Shown: in pieces, positions 28,338 to 43,517 of the stretch | Layout of the letters: each line of letters opens with the position of its first letter | Numbering within the stretch: position 1 is the stretch's first letter | Assembly: GCF_009914755.1 (NCBI RefSeq) | Contig: NC_060937.1 | From: the human T2T-CHM13v2.0 reference genome, Homo sapiens | Strand: one strand, 5' to 3' | Length of the DNA stretch: 64,000 nucleotides | The notes under the pieces: generated by a model | What the model saw: only the letters and a program-made list of their open reading frames with translations | Database searches by the model: none | What the model was told of the DNA's origin: nothing | Program-made: the position numbers and the translations under genes

Positions 28338-29433
28338 CATTGGGGGAACCCGCTCCCATATTTCAACATAGGTTCTTTTTATTTTCCCTAAGTGTCGGCT
28401 GGTCTGAGAGATAAAGAGAAACAGTACAAAGAGAGGAATTTTACAGCTGGCAGCTGGGGGTGATGTCACATATCAGTAGGTCCGTGATGCCCCCTAAGCC
28501 ACAAAAGCAGCAAGTTTTTATTAGGGATTTCAAAAGGGGAGGGGGTGTATGAACAGGGAGTAGGTCACAAAGATCACATGCTTCTGAAGCCAGTAAAGAT
28601 CACAAGGCAAAGGACAAAGCACAGATCACAAGGCAAAGAGCAAAATTATAATTACTGATGAGGGTCTGTGTTTGGCTGTGCATGTATTGTCTTGATAAAC
28701 ATCTTAAACAACAGAAAACAGGGTTCAAGAGCAGAGAACCAGTCTGACTGCAAATTCATCAGGGTTGGATTTTTTCCCCCACCCTAATAAGCCTAAGGGT
28801 ACTGCAGGAGACCAGGGAGTATTTCAGTCCTTATCTCAACTGCATAAGACAGACACTCCAAGAGCGGCCATTTATAGACCTCTCCTCAGGAATGCAATTA
28901 TTTTCCTAGGGTCTTAATATCTAATAATCCTTGCTAGGAAAAGAATTTAGCAATATCCCTCCTACCTGCATGTCTGTTTATAGGCTGTCTGCAAGAAGAA
29001 AAATATGGCTCTATTCTGCCCGACCCCGCAGCCAGTCAGACCTTATGGTTGTCTCCCCTTGTTCCCTAAAATCACTGCTATTCTGTTCTTTTTCAAGGTG
29101 CTTAGATTTCATATTCTTCAAACACACATGTTTTACAATCAGTTTGTACAATAGTGGTCCTGAGGTGACGTACATCCTCAGTTTACGAAGATAACAGGAT
29201 TAAGAGATTAAGTAAGACAGGCATAAGAAATTATGAGAGTATTATTTGGGAACTGATAAATGTCCATGAAATCTTCACAATTTATGTTTAGAGATTGAAG
29301 TAAAGACAGGCATAAGAAATTATAAGAGTATTATTAGGGAAATGATAAATGCCCATGAAATCTTCACAATTTATGTTCCTCTGCCGCGGCTCCAGCTGGT
29401 TCCTCCGTTCAGAGTCCCTGACTTCCCACAACA
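28338..29433 (-). mobile_element. MER11 (HERV-K11/HML-8) solo LTR
   Basis: Ends 'cagctggttcctccgttcagagtccctgacttcccacaaca' (antisense MER11 5' end); internal tandem units typical of MER11; GTTTG on both flanks. Confidence 0.9.
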
Positions 29434-31364
29434 GTTTGGATTTATTTACATTGAACAGTTAAATTCTTAAAATGTCACAAGAGCTGAATAAGATCAATCC
29501 ATTTATTATATCTTATAATGAGGCATAATTTAGCCTACGTATGATTAGATTATGAGTTAATTCCTGGGATAAACACACTGAGCATGAGCTTAAGATCTCC
29601 CTGATTGGTCTAACTGCATTTCTTTCATTTTTCACATTTTCAAATATTGTTAAAATACATTGTATCATATTATTGAATTATTTTTTATCAAGCTATTTCA
29701 GAGAATAAAATAAAATGGAAGTTATTTTTTCCTATATTAGTGTAGTTTTTATATATAAAATATAACAGAAATACATTTATAAACATTTAATGGTTCACAT
29801 CACTTAAAATGAGGTTTTATTAGAGGAAATTTCATTTTAAGACTGTTATGGCAAAAAGCACCTACAGAAAAATATGAGAATTATAATAGGTCATAAAATA
29901 TCTTAAGCATGAGGTTTAGTAAAACATGTTTTTAAAGAATATGTATTATTCCTTAAAACCTTTTTTTATGTACTCAGGGAAAATAGATCTTCATACTGAT
30001 ACGTTTGTATTGGTGAAAACGTGAATATCTGCTAGAGCCTGCAAGTAAATAGTAGTTGAAATCACCACAAATGAAAGTATCTTATGGTTTTACGTGCATC
30101 TCCATTTCATTCATTAGCTGGAATTAAATTTACTGTTTTTTCCTAATCCCAAAGGTCAAATATTATTTATAATGGCAGGTGGATATAGTTTACAAGCAGA
30201 TTACTCTGAAGTCCTTTGTGAAAGTAAGAAACTATTTTATTTGTCCCTTCTACTAAATCTGCATTTAATTTCCTTAAAATGTTTGAAAAATGATTACATG
30301 TATTTTAATAAAAATAACTAGTTGGCGACACACTGTTCCTTTAAAATGTTTGAGTAAAATAATATTCATTAAAAATTACTAGTTCTAATATTGAATACTT
30401 TTATGTAACTCTGTTAGTCATTATTCATCCATTTATTCAATACATCTTTAGTGAGCATCTTGCTGGAGCTGGCACTGTGATATAATGCACATATAGTAGT
30501 GAATAAGTCTGACATTCTCTTTTGTTTTGAGCAAAATTCTCTCTCTTGTTTTTACCCCACTTTTATAAATGGTTTCTTATATATGTTATTTATTTAATAT
30601 TTTACATTTGGAAAGTCTTCTTTTTTCTGATTTAGTATTATGAAAATACTAATTGATGATTACCACTCATTTTTGAAGAGTGGAACTATTTCATATCATC
30701 TGTGGGGTCATGTAGATACATTTTCTATCTCCAGGAATTTAATCTCTAATCATGTTTCATCATAAGTCACATAAGTGAACGAATTTCTAGTAGACAAATT
30801 AAAATAGTGAACATGTTTGCTCTAAACATTATAATTATTTATTGTTTATCTTGTTGGCTTAAACACTAAATCAAAGCAATTATGTAGGAAATTAAGGCAA
30901 AAAATTTACTATATGTGAGAAGATAAGGATAGTTAAAAAATCAAAATATCACCTTTGAATGAATCAATAAAAATGTTTCTCTATATTGATTAAACATACT
31001 TGATAGTTTTTTCAGTGCTTTAAATTACTGTACTGATAAATTTCATTATGTTTTAAGTTAGAAAACCCCAGATACATGTAACATAGTTGGTAACACACTA
31101 CATAAGAAAAAAACTACCTTTTTTTCTTTACTAATTTAATTGTTTTTAAAGATCAAGGATCTATAATTTCAAAGTAAAGATGATTTCGCTTATTTAAATA
31201 TAAAGATATATTTATATTATATATTATATAAATATATAATTATTTTAAGGTAAAGATATAGATTTTAGTTATAGCTAACACCAGGAGGAAAAAGAGCAAT
31301 ACTCAAATTCTTTATTGTGTCATCAACTTATCTGTAGGCATCAATAAGACCTTTCAAAAAAAAA

Positions 31365-31662
31365 TTTTTTTTTTTTTGAGAAGGAGTCTCACTCTGTTGC
31401 CCAGGCTAGAGTGAAGTGGCATGATCTCAGATCACCACAAGCTCTGCCTCCCAGGTTCACACCATTCTCCTGCCTCAGCCTCCTCAGTAGCTGGGACTAC
31501 AGGCACCTGCCACCACACCCGGGTAATTTTTTGTGTGTGTTTTTAGTAGAAATAGGGTTTCACCGTGTTAGCCAGGATGGTCTCAATCTCCTGACCTCGT
31601 GATCTGCCTGCCTCGGCCTCCCAAAGTGCTGGGATTACAGGCGTGAGCCACCATGCCCGGCC
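31365..31662 (-). mobile_element. AluY
   Basis: 'caagctctgcc', 'ttcacaccattctcc', 'gttagccaggatgg'; TSD ACCTTTCAAAAA. Confidence 0.97.
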
Positions 31663-33439
31663 AACCTTTCAAAAATTTTATTTCCCAAATTAAAAATGTA
31701 CAAGACATACCTCTTAACAACCCCTTGTCACATTAGACTCAATGGCTAAATTACAGTATAACAAGATCTGATTATAATCAACTCCCTTATTGATTGAAAA
31801 TGTTTTTAAAAAGGTTTGAAATAAAAGTAGTTTCATGTTTGCAATGTTATGCTTTCTTTTTATTTTTCTTTTCTATAATCATGCTTTTTTCTCTACATTT
31901 GCAGATTCTGTGATATCATTATGACAGGAATATAAATATTAATGTTTTAGCCTGTTGAAAGAATTACAGAATAGGGGATTCAAATTAATGTCTTATTAAT
32001 ATCTTTAGAACTGGCAACCAATCACATAATTTATATTACTTCAAAACTCCTACTAATATAGGTTTATTTTAATACATTTTTAAAAGCTCAAGCTTCAATT
32101 TTGCTTTATTTACTTAGAAGTTGTTCTATACTATACCCTTATAATAAATGCCTTTTAGAACTACACATTTATGTCAGCAGAGTTCATATAATCATTCTCC
32201 CAACACGTATCTTTATATATTGTTAGTCTTTTATAAAAAAAATTATGTCATGTATTAATATAATATAACCAAAACTTTTTTCAAAAAAGTTATTTTCTAT
32301 TTCAAAGTTTAATTTAATAAACCTTTTCACTATAACACAATTTTTCATTTTCATATTAAGAGGTCAGTTGGAAGAACAGACACTGGGATTTTTAGCACAG
32401 TATGGAAAGAATTAATTACACATCTTCAATTAAGACCAATTAGAGTTGTACTTTCGCTGGCTTGCACACCATGAAAGAACTCTACCAAAATGTCTAATAA
32501 GCATAGACAGTTCATTAATGTTAAATTTGGTCTCCATGTCTATTTTCATCTCCTGTGGTGTTTTGTGGGTTCCTAAAAACTCCTGGAAATTAGGTATTAG
32601 AGATGTATAACATCATTTATAGGGATTTTAAATATTAAACAATACATTAATAGGTTAGCATTAGTTATATTCCTAGAATGTGGTAAAACATTTCAGGAAG
32701 TTTTGGATTTAATGATTTGATAAAATGAAACTTAATAAATCTTTACCCTAAATCTTTTATTCAGGAAACCATTACCATGCTGCACTAAAATGAGTCTAAA
32801 ATGCTCCATGTCGTTTTTAAAAGGATTAAAAACTGTATTTCTATTAGCAATTATTATATTTGTTGTATATATATTATACAATATAGAGAATCTTATTACT
32901 TCACATTTTCAATGTGCTTTTCTCTGTGACATGTACATATAAATAGTATATTTCACATTGGAAAGCACTTTGAACCTTTGCAAATTTGATCCAAAATAGA
33001 AATTACAGCAATTAGTAAGCTAATAAATGTGAACTTTAATGTTAATTTCTTATACAGAAATGAGTTATGTTTGATAAAATTGTCAGTAGACAGCTGTTTA
33101 AAACTGTCTAAATATTTCTTTCAGTAAATACTCTGTATATTTTTGAGACAATCAAGGCATTAAATGTAGCAAAATGTTTTAGACTGAAACAAATATTTTT
33201 ATTTGAACAACTTGACTACTCCCTGTAGAAATGGCTTTAGAGTTGTTATATAAACATTACACTTAAATGCAGGTAAAACTTGAACCAAAATGTTAACCAC
33301 AATTAAAAATACCAAATAAATACCAACTGGCCTAGAAAACGCCACTGATCTTAAATTTTGGACAATTACAGGCATGCAATTATGTTAAGATACACATGTA
33401 TATGGTCAGTTAAATTGCAACCATGCAAATTATTGAGAA

Positions 33440-34950
<1,511 letters not shown>

Positions 34951-35477
34951 ATTTAATATTATTTTCCTGTGTAGTTTTGTATATAGTAAAGTGTTAATAG
35001 CTATAAAATATCTGATATTATGGCTTACTTTTAACTTAAGTAGCTTGCCTGCCACTGTGTTATTGATGGTGGCAGAAGAATTGAGCTTCCTGTGTTGGAG
35101 TCAAATACTTTTATTAGTTATGTTATGAGAGGCAGAATGAGCTGTATGCCTGCATCAGTTCCCTTAAGACCCAAGTCCCATAGGAGCAATGTGGAGTGGC
35201 CCAGATGGGTGCTGCACATAAACAATGGGTTTGTGTTACAGCTAAGGGATCCTGAGTTTAGGAAACCCTTAATTTTATAAGTAAGCTTCTAGTAAACTTG
35301 TTCAAATATTATTCTACAGAGATAATATATGTCTTGTTCTGTTGAAGGATTGTATCTATTTCCTGCCCTGAAGGAAAGTACTGTGTCTATCTTTCAAGGC
35401 TGTTCTCTATACAAATATGCTGGAAAAGAGATCAGGAAAAAATTTATATTAGTCATGCAGAAATGTTATGAAAATAC

Positions 35478-35962
35478 ACAGAGGAAGCTTAAGTACATAT
35501 TACTAAGTGAAAGAAGCAGTCTGTAAAAGGATGTATGTTATATGATTCCATCTATGACTTTCTGGAAAAGCCAAAACTATATACACAGTAAAACAATCAG
35601 TGATTGTCGGGGGTTGGATGGGAAAGAGAGATCAACAGGCAGACACAGAGAATTTTCGGGGCACTAAAACTACTCTATATAGTAGTATAATGATGGACAT
35701 GTTTCACTGTATATTTGTCCAAGCTTATAGAACATACAACACCAAGAATAAACCTTAATGTAAGCTAGGGACTTTGGGTGATAATGATGTGTGAACATTG
35801 GTTCATCAATTGTCACAAGTGTTCCACTCTGGTGGAGTATGTTGATAATTCGGGAGTCTGTGTATGTATGGGGCAGAAGATGTACAGGAAATCCCTGTAC
35901 AATCCCCTCAATTTTGCTGTGAATCTAAAACTGCTCTAAAAAATAAAGCCTATTTTTTAAAA
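35478..35962 (+). mobile_element. L1MC/MD 3' end
   Basis: 'tattactaagtgaaagaagc...ttctggaaaagccaaaactat...gaatctaaaactgctctaaaaaataaag'. Confidence 0.8.
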
Positions 35963-35979
35963 GTTAAGAAATACCCTAG

Positions 35980-36150
35980 GGAAAAGAAGCAGAATTGGGA
36001 AGATGGTAGTCAAAGGATACAAAATTTCACTTAGACAGGAGCGGTAAGTTCAAGAGATCTATCACACAACATGCTATGACTATAGTTAATAACAATGCAT
36101 TGCATACTTGAAAATTGCTAAGACTAGATTTAAGTGTTCTCACTATAAAA
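35980..36150 (+). mobile_element. L1MA (MA8/9-like) 3' fragment
   Basis: 'gtcaaaggatacaaaatttcacttagacaggag...gcatacttgaaaattgctaag'. Confidence 0.7.
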
Positions 36151-37049
36151 AAAGTTTTTTAAAAAAGAAAAATAAAAAGAAACACATTGATATTTAATAG
36201 CTTGTGTTTTGAAAGGGTGTATCATGCTTATTCATTGAGAAATATACGAGAGGGAGAGCAAGAGAGAAACGACACAAATACCTTATTGTGGTAGGTAAGA
36301 AAGAGAAGAAGATCATAAAATAAGTCTTCTATCATTAAATGAAGTGACTCCTTATCAACCCCCTGCAACAAAATAAAAACTGAAACTGTATACTATCTAT
36401 CTATACATATATATATATATATATATATATGACAACAAAAAAGTAATACATGCTGTGGTCCACACATGTATGACATGGAAGGTCTCTCAGCTTTGGGGTA
36501 GATGAATATTAAATATATATATATATATATTTGGGTAATAATTAAATATATATGTATATATTTGGGTAATATATGTAAGTTTTCATAAAAACTTTTTAGA
36601 ATTAAAATAGGCTTTTCTAATTAAGAATAATTTTTCATTGGTTCACTCTGTTCAGAAAAAATATAAAAGGACAAGCCTTTGGCCTATAGATGATTGACTC
36701 TCAAAACATTGTCCCCAACTCTAAATTTTGATTCTACACTGGGGCAGCTTTTCACTATGAATGTAGTTGTGAATCTTTGTTTATTAAATATTTATTGCAT
36801 AAATATCTTATCAAGCTCTGGTCTCTGGGCCTTGAATTGTGAACTCTGTTCTGGCTGGAGTCACAGTATCACTTTGGGATTACCATCTCCATTAGCACTT
36901 TTATATTTCTTACTTAAGAAAATCTGAAGTAGCAAAAAGTTGAAGAGGGGATCCCTTGCATCCTCCACTGGCCCATGAATCTTAGGATATATTAAGGTGT
37001 ATTCCACTGCGGATAGGGTTATTTAAATCTTAATGCCAAAGAAAAAAAT

Positions 37050-37784
37050 TGTAATTGCCTGGTGGGTTCTTCTTGCTTGCTGCATAGATAGAGCTGATTT
37101 ACCGAAATAGAAGTATTGCAGCTGAGAAAGAGCTTAATAAATACAGAGCCAAATGGAATTGCAACAGTTTATTACTCAAATCAGCCACTCCAAGAACTCA
37201 GAGGCTAGTGTTTTTATGGCTAATGTGGTGAGCAAGGGGCTAGGGAAGGGGTGCTGCTGATTAGCTGGAATGAAGTCACAGGGGTGTGGAAAACACTCCT
37301 CATGTGCCAAGTCATCCTCTCGGTTTAGCCACAAGACTACTTGAGTCATGAATCACAACTCTGGGTGGAAGTGGCCCCCAGGATGTAAAAGCATGAAAAA
37401 CATCTCAAAAGATCAATCTTACGTTTTATAATAGTGATGTTAGCCATAGGAGCAACTGGGAAAGATACAAATCCTGTGACCTCCAGAACAGTGGCTGAAC
37501 TGTGTTTACATTTCACCAGAAGGCAGGCCCCTCCCATGATCCTAATCTCATAGCCTTTCATTAGTTTTACAAGGTTTTGGTCCCTGGGCAAGGAGAGGTT
37601 AGTTTTAGGGAGGGACTGTTATCATCCTTGTTTCAAAGTTAAACTACAAACTAAATCCTCCCATGGTTAGCTTGGCCTATGTCCAGGAAATAGTGAGGAC
37701 AGCCATCCTTTGAGGCTAGAAGCAAGACTGATTCAGCTATGCTAAAATTCTCTCACTATCATAATCTTGGCAAAGGCAGTTTCA
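37050..37784 (-). mobile_element. LTR8-family ERV1 solo LTR
   Basis: Antisense start TGAAACTGCCTTTGCCAAGATTATGA; ends ...GGCAATTACA. Confidence 0.85.
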
Positions 37785-38812
37785 AGATAATGAACTAACA
37801 AAAAGCTATCTACTTAAAGGCTCCAGGAAGGAACTTTTCAGTAGCATCCCTGAGAATAAAGACAGTGGTTCTGGCATTCATGAAGCTGGTAGGATGCAAT
37901 TCTTCAGGGTGACAACGGCAATGACTTCTGTAAAGTGCACAATAGTCTCACTATGCATATGCCACAGGCATTCACTGTCTACTGAGCTGTGAAAGGAACT
38001 ACTGGGCAGGAGGGCTCTATGGAGATGATGCCACTTCACATTTAAAAATCTTTCCATTTCGCATCATTGCCCTGAGGAAAAATCCAAACTAAAGCTGACC
38101 TCTAGGTATATTCCACACTTAACTCACATTCCTTTTCTTTTTCTTTCTGCTTATGCTCTGGACATAGCAAACACTTTGCAATTCTTGAAGGAATGGGTGC
38201 TTTCTGTATCTCAAGGTATTAATCTATGTATTCATGTTGTTACACATTGTATAACAATTCCTTGTCCATCTCTTCCCACAGTTTGTAAGCTCTTTCAGAA
38301 AAGGGACTGTCTTTGTTGCTTTTATAGCATGAGTACGTGGCATATCACAGCAGTTATTATTATAAACATTATTCATTAATTTAGTGAATTAATTTTCAAT
38401 TGAATACAAATAAATATTTTAAATTAGGAACATTATTGCTAGATTTATATGCTCTACTAAAATAGTTGTAGTAACTGTCCAGATTACAGGAAGAATACTG
38501 AGGCCTTCTCTAGAACATAAATTTGTGCATTCATTATGACAATTGGGCCCTTCTTACTCATGGTACTAATTAAAACACTATTACGTGTACTTGGCATTGA
38601 GCTCTTATCAAGAACTAATTTTCTTTTTGAAAATTAGTAGAAACAGAAGAAAACAGTAGAAAACAGAAGAAAATATCAGTCTTAAAAACTGATTAAATCT
38701 TAATGCACAATTATCAAATTATTTGAATAAAACAAACAACTATAAGGAATGAAAAGAAAGTACACTTGGAAGAGGGCTAAGCGGGCAACTTGAAAGACAA
38801 GTACATGATTTA

Positions 38813-39304
38813 ACCTTTTGACTTGGAGTTTTATATGTTGGCATGATTCCAGGGTCTTGTGTTCTTTCTCCCCTGATTCTTCCCTTTGGGTGGGCTGCCG
38901 ACATGTGTAGTGGCCTGCTGGCACTTGGAAGAGGAGCATGCTCAGTGTGTTTACTGGATTTGTATGCTTGTTCACTTCAGGCATCCTTCCCTTACCAGCT
39001 GAATGTCCCTAGGAGATCATATACCAGTTAAATGCCACCATTTTGCCTCCTAGTGTGCATGTGTGAGCCCACTCACCCAACTCCTGACATCTTACTGGCA
39101 AACTGCTGATGACCAGCTTCTGGTGTTTCTGTTTGCTGGAGTACTGGCTTTCTCTGGCGCTGGCTGTGACTAGTTATTATTTTAGAGAGACAGTTAACAA
39201 TAGCCTGACCATCAGTTGTTGGTCGCCTGATATTCCTGGTGTGTTTGTGGTTGGGGGAGCCCTCTTCTGCTCTGCTCATGTCTGACTAGCAACTTACTGT
39301 ATCA
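38813..39304 (-). mobile_element. MER50-family LTR, 3'-truncated
   Basis: Antisense start 'tgatacagtaagttgctagtcagacatgagcagagcagaagagggctcccc', homologous to the copy at 26108. Confidence 0.75.
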
Positions 39305-39309
39305 TTTTT

Positions 39310-40168
39310 ATGCTATGAAGATAGCTTCTTCTCCTGAACCTCCTGAACTATCTGTTTCAAACTTCTGCAGCTTCCTCACCTCTCTCAGTGTTCATGGAAT
39401 TGAACAGAGTTCTGGCCTTGCTCTAGATTAGACTTTGGCTTAAGAGAGTTCTGGCCTTGCTCTAGAATGTTGTGGCTGGTTTGATCCTCTATCCAGACTA
39501 CTACAACTTTCTCCATATCAGCAATAAGTCTATTTTGCTTACTTATTTGTGAGTTCATTGCAGTAGTACTTTATTTTCTTTAAGAACTTTTTCTTTGTAT
39601 TCACAATTTGGCTAACTGTTGGTTCAAAAGACCTAGCTGTCAGGCTGCCATGTCTTTTGATGATATCCCTTCCTCACTAAGCTTAATCGTTTCTAGATTT
39701 TGATTTAATATGAGAGACATAAGACTCTTTCTTTCACTTGAACACTAGAAGCAATTGTAGGGTAATTAATTGACCCAATTTCAATAGTGTTGTACCTCAA
39801 AGAATAAAGGGGCCTGAGGAGAAGGAGAGAGATAGGGAATGGCCAGTTAGTGGGACAGTCAGAAGACACACATTTATCAATTAAGCTTTCTGTCCTATAT
39901 GAATGCAGTTCATAGCATGCCACAACAATTACAATAGCATCATCAAAGGTCACTGATCACAGACCATCATAACTGATATAATATTAATGAAAAAGTCTAA
40001 AATATTGCAAGAATTACCAAAACATGACACAAGGACACAAAACGAACACATGTTGTTGGAAAAATGGTGCTGATAGACTTATTAAATACAGGACTGCCAC
40101 ATACCTTCAATTAAAAAAAAATCTGCAAAGCGCAATAAAGTAAAGCACAATAAAATGAAGCATGCCTG
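39310..40168 (-). mobile_element. Tigger1 (TcMar) 5' part
   Basis: Antisense start 'caggcatgcttcattttattgtgctttactttattgcgctttgcag' matches the Tigger1 5' terminus. Confidence 0.85.
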
Positions 40169-40283
40169 TGCTTGAAAGAGCTAGGACCATATTTACTTCC
40201 TAGGAGACATGACAATCCAAAAAATAAATTTTCTTATTAAAATAGTAGAATAACGAATTGTAATAGTAATATAATCATGACAA

Positions 40284-41263
40284 TGTAGTGGCGATTACCA
40301 TCGACCCCCTAAAGTTTCACTGAAAAATCTCTGGCAGGGTTGATTCATGAGAGAAAAGGTATACAATTTTATTTAACATGTATACACAAGTGCCTTCAGG
40401 ATGAAGACCCAACTATCACGGATGCCACTGGCTGGGGACAGTGCTGCTAGTGGCAAAAGAATTTACCAAGGAAGACGTGGGGAAAGAAAGGCAGATTTAT
40501 TAGAGAGAAAGTATGCTGCAGGGAAGCAACAGGCAGCACAGCACAAAAGAGGCTGTTTACAAAGAGGCAGGGGTTGGAACAGCAAGACCTGATACTGAGT
40601 TGTACTGGAGGGGCTGCTTTCAGATAAGGTGTGCAGATAAGATGGTGCTGCTGGGGCTAGGAGGTATTTGGGAACAGGATGTCATGCCAGCCGTTGTCTG
40701 TGATTAGCTGTCTTTCCAAAGAAACAATTGTTCCCCCCACACCTGGGATCCCTTGCTCTTGTTGCTTAGCGAACTTATCAGGACTCCACACCAAATTTCT
40801 AATGAGTTACAGAAACTTATATATCATTCTGAGGTTACAAAAAGAAAGGGGGCTTGGATTCTGGTAAAATAGGTTATAGGAGGAGGCAGAAAAGGAATTC
40901 TATTGAGAGGCAATAAATTATTGTTAGGGAGAATAATTGGACTCAGGAACAGAGATTAACTTGTAAATAGTTTTCAATGGGATATAAATGATCTTTGGAG
41001 ATAGTAAAAGTTTCTGCTAAGGTGTGAATCTTGTCTTTTTTTTCTGCAATAGATAATGTGATAACAGAGAGGGAAGGAAAAAACAATTGTTCTTAGTGGG
41101 TTTGGATCTTAGGCAGATAAAGGAACTTAAGTTCCTTTAGGAGAGACAGTGGGGACTGGTAGTGGGGCGGGGGGAGTGGTCAGTGGTTAAGGGAGACCCT
41201 GAGGCTTCTCTAGTTTAGCATGTCAAAATGCCAGATTTTGGGGTACTGATTTCAGAGCCCCAA
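40284..41263 (-). mobile_element. MER39/MER34-family LTR containing a nested LTR
   Basis: Antisense start 'tggggctctgaaatcagtaccccaaaatctggcattttgacatgctaaac'. Confidence 0.7.
40414..40790 (-). mobile_element. Nested ERVL LTR (LTR32-like)
   Basis: Antisense start TGTGGAGTCCTGATAAG; flanked by CCAAC/CCAAA (5-bp TSD, 1 mismatch). Confidence 0.6.
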
Positions 41264-41436
41264 AAGCAAAAGTAGCAAATCCTGAAAGACAGGAATACGT
41301 ATTTGTAAAGGTGCTGATATGCAATTCACACTGAAAAGCAAAAGTGTATTGCTGACATCCTAGAATTGACAGTGACCAAACATGAGCTGTGGTGCTTGTC
41401 TTAGTTATTTAAGGCTTCTATAACAAAATATCATTA

Positions 41437-41769
<333 letters not shown>

Positions 41770-41818
41770 TCAGAAATTTATTTCTCACTATTTTGGAGGC
41801 TGGAAGTCCAAGACGAGA

Positions 41819-42138
<320 letters not shown>

Positions 42139-42267
42139 TAATAGGGCACTAATACCATTTATGAGGGCTCCATCTTCATGAATTAATCATCCTCCCAAAT
42201 CCCCACCTCCAAATGACACTATACTGGGAGAACACAAATATTTAGTCATAACAGTGTCCTTTAGGGA

Positions 42268-42965
42268 TGTTACAGGTAATTAGACAGGCATGAGTGGGGC
42301 AGGAGAGGGCTCTCCCCCACCACTAGGACTGTCAGGTGATGGCTTGGCAATTATCACATTGTCTCTCTAAAAGTGATAAGTTGGCAGCCAGCACCAGGGA
42401 GAAACAATCTCCTAATAGTCCACAGCTGTTAACATTAAAGTGTTAATTGAATGCAGATGCCAGGGAGATGCAACTTCTCCATTAAGATACAAAATAACAG
42501 AGTATGACCTTCTAGGGATATTTTTCCCTTTACTGGGTTCCACCAGAAAAAGAAAAAAAGCCTCAGATGGGCATGCGCACAACTTCCTAAACACACTGGA
42601 CATGCTCACATCCCAAGTGTAAGGAGGACGCTGCATGTGCAGGCAGCCCACTCTAAGGAAAGAGTCATGAGAAAGGGGTTCAAGACACTGGAAAGGGGCC
42701 ACACTATAAAGTCCTAGGATCACAGCTGAACACCACAATTATTCTTCAAGTTGCCCACCTGGATCTCTTCCAAGTGCACTTTCCTTTCTTTCCTGCTCTA
42801 AAGCTTTTTTATCAACTTCCACTCCTGCTCTGAAACTTGCCTTGGTCTCTTTTTCTGCTTTATGCCCCTTAGTGGAATTATTTCTTCTGAGGAGGCAAGA
42901 ATTGAGGCTGCTACAGACCCATATGGATTTGCTGCCAGTAACTCAGATACCTTCCACAGGTAACA
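42268..42965 (+). mobile_element. MER50B-like ERV1 solo LTR, full length
   Basis: TG...CA termini ('tgttacaggtaattagacaggcatgag' ... 'aggtaaca'); 4-bp TSD GGGA. Confidence 0.8.
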
Positions 42966-43046
42966 GGGAGAAGAGGGAATATAGTGGACTGCTAAATGAC
43001 TATTAATAAAGAACTGAGATAAGAAATAATTTATCTATTAAAACTT

Positions 43047-43441
43047 TGTGATTGTTAATACTGAGTGTCAACTCGATTGGATTGAAGGATGCAAAGTATC
43101 AATCCTGGGTGTGTCTGTGAGGGTGTTGCCAAAAGAGATTAACATTTGAGTCAGTGGACTGGGGAAGATAGACCCATCCTTAATCTGGTGGGCACAATCT
43201 AATCAGCTGCCAGCAAATATAAAGATGGCAGAAAAAGGTGAAAGGGTGAGAATGGCCTAGACTCCCAGCCTACATCTTTCTCCCATGCTGGATGCTTCCT
43301 GCCCTCGAACATCAGACTCTAAATCCTTCAGCTTTGAGACTTGGACTGGCTCTCCTTGCTCCTCAAGCTGGCAGACAGCCTACTGTGGGAAATTGTGATC
43401 ATGTAAGTTAATAATAAACTCCCGTTTATATATGTGTGTGT

Positions 43442-43477
<36 letters not shown>

Positions 43478-43517
43478 TCTATTAGTTATGTCCCTTTAGG
43501 AGACCCTGACTAATACA
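43047..43517 (+). mobile_element. HERV-L 5' LTR (MLT2A2-like)
   Basis: 'tgtgattgttaatactgagtgtcaac...gaccctgactaataca'; internal (TG)n. Confidence 0.93.

Noticed and set aside
29210-29377. ~90-bp tandem duplication
   Set aside because: Internal tandem units are a normal feature of MER11 LTRs
31206-31237. 11-bp-arm AT inverted repeat
   Set aside because: Expected by chance in low-complexity AT sequence
35060-35445. Possible old ERVL LTR
   Set aside because: Family and boundaries not recognisable without a database search
36508-36571. Duplicated 'attaaatatata...tttgggtaata' unit
   Set aside because: Ordinary slippage duplication around (TA)n
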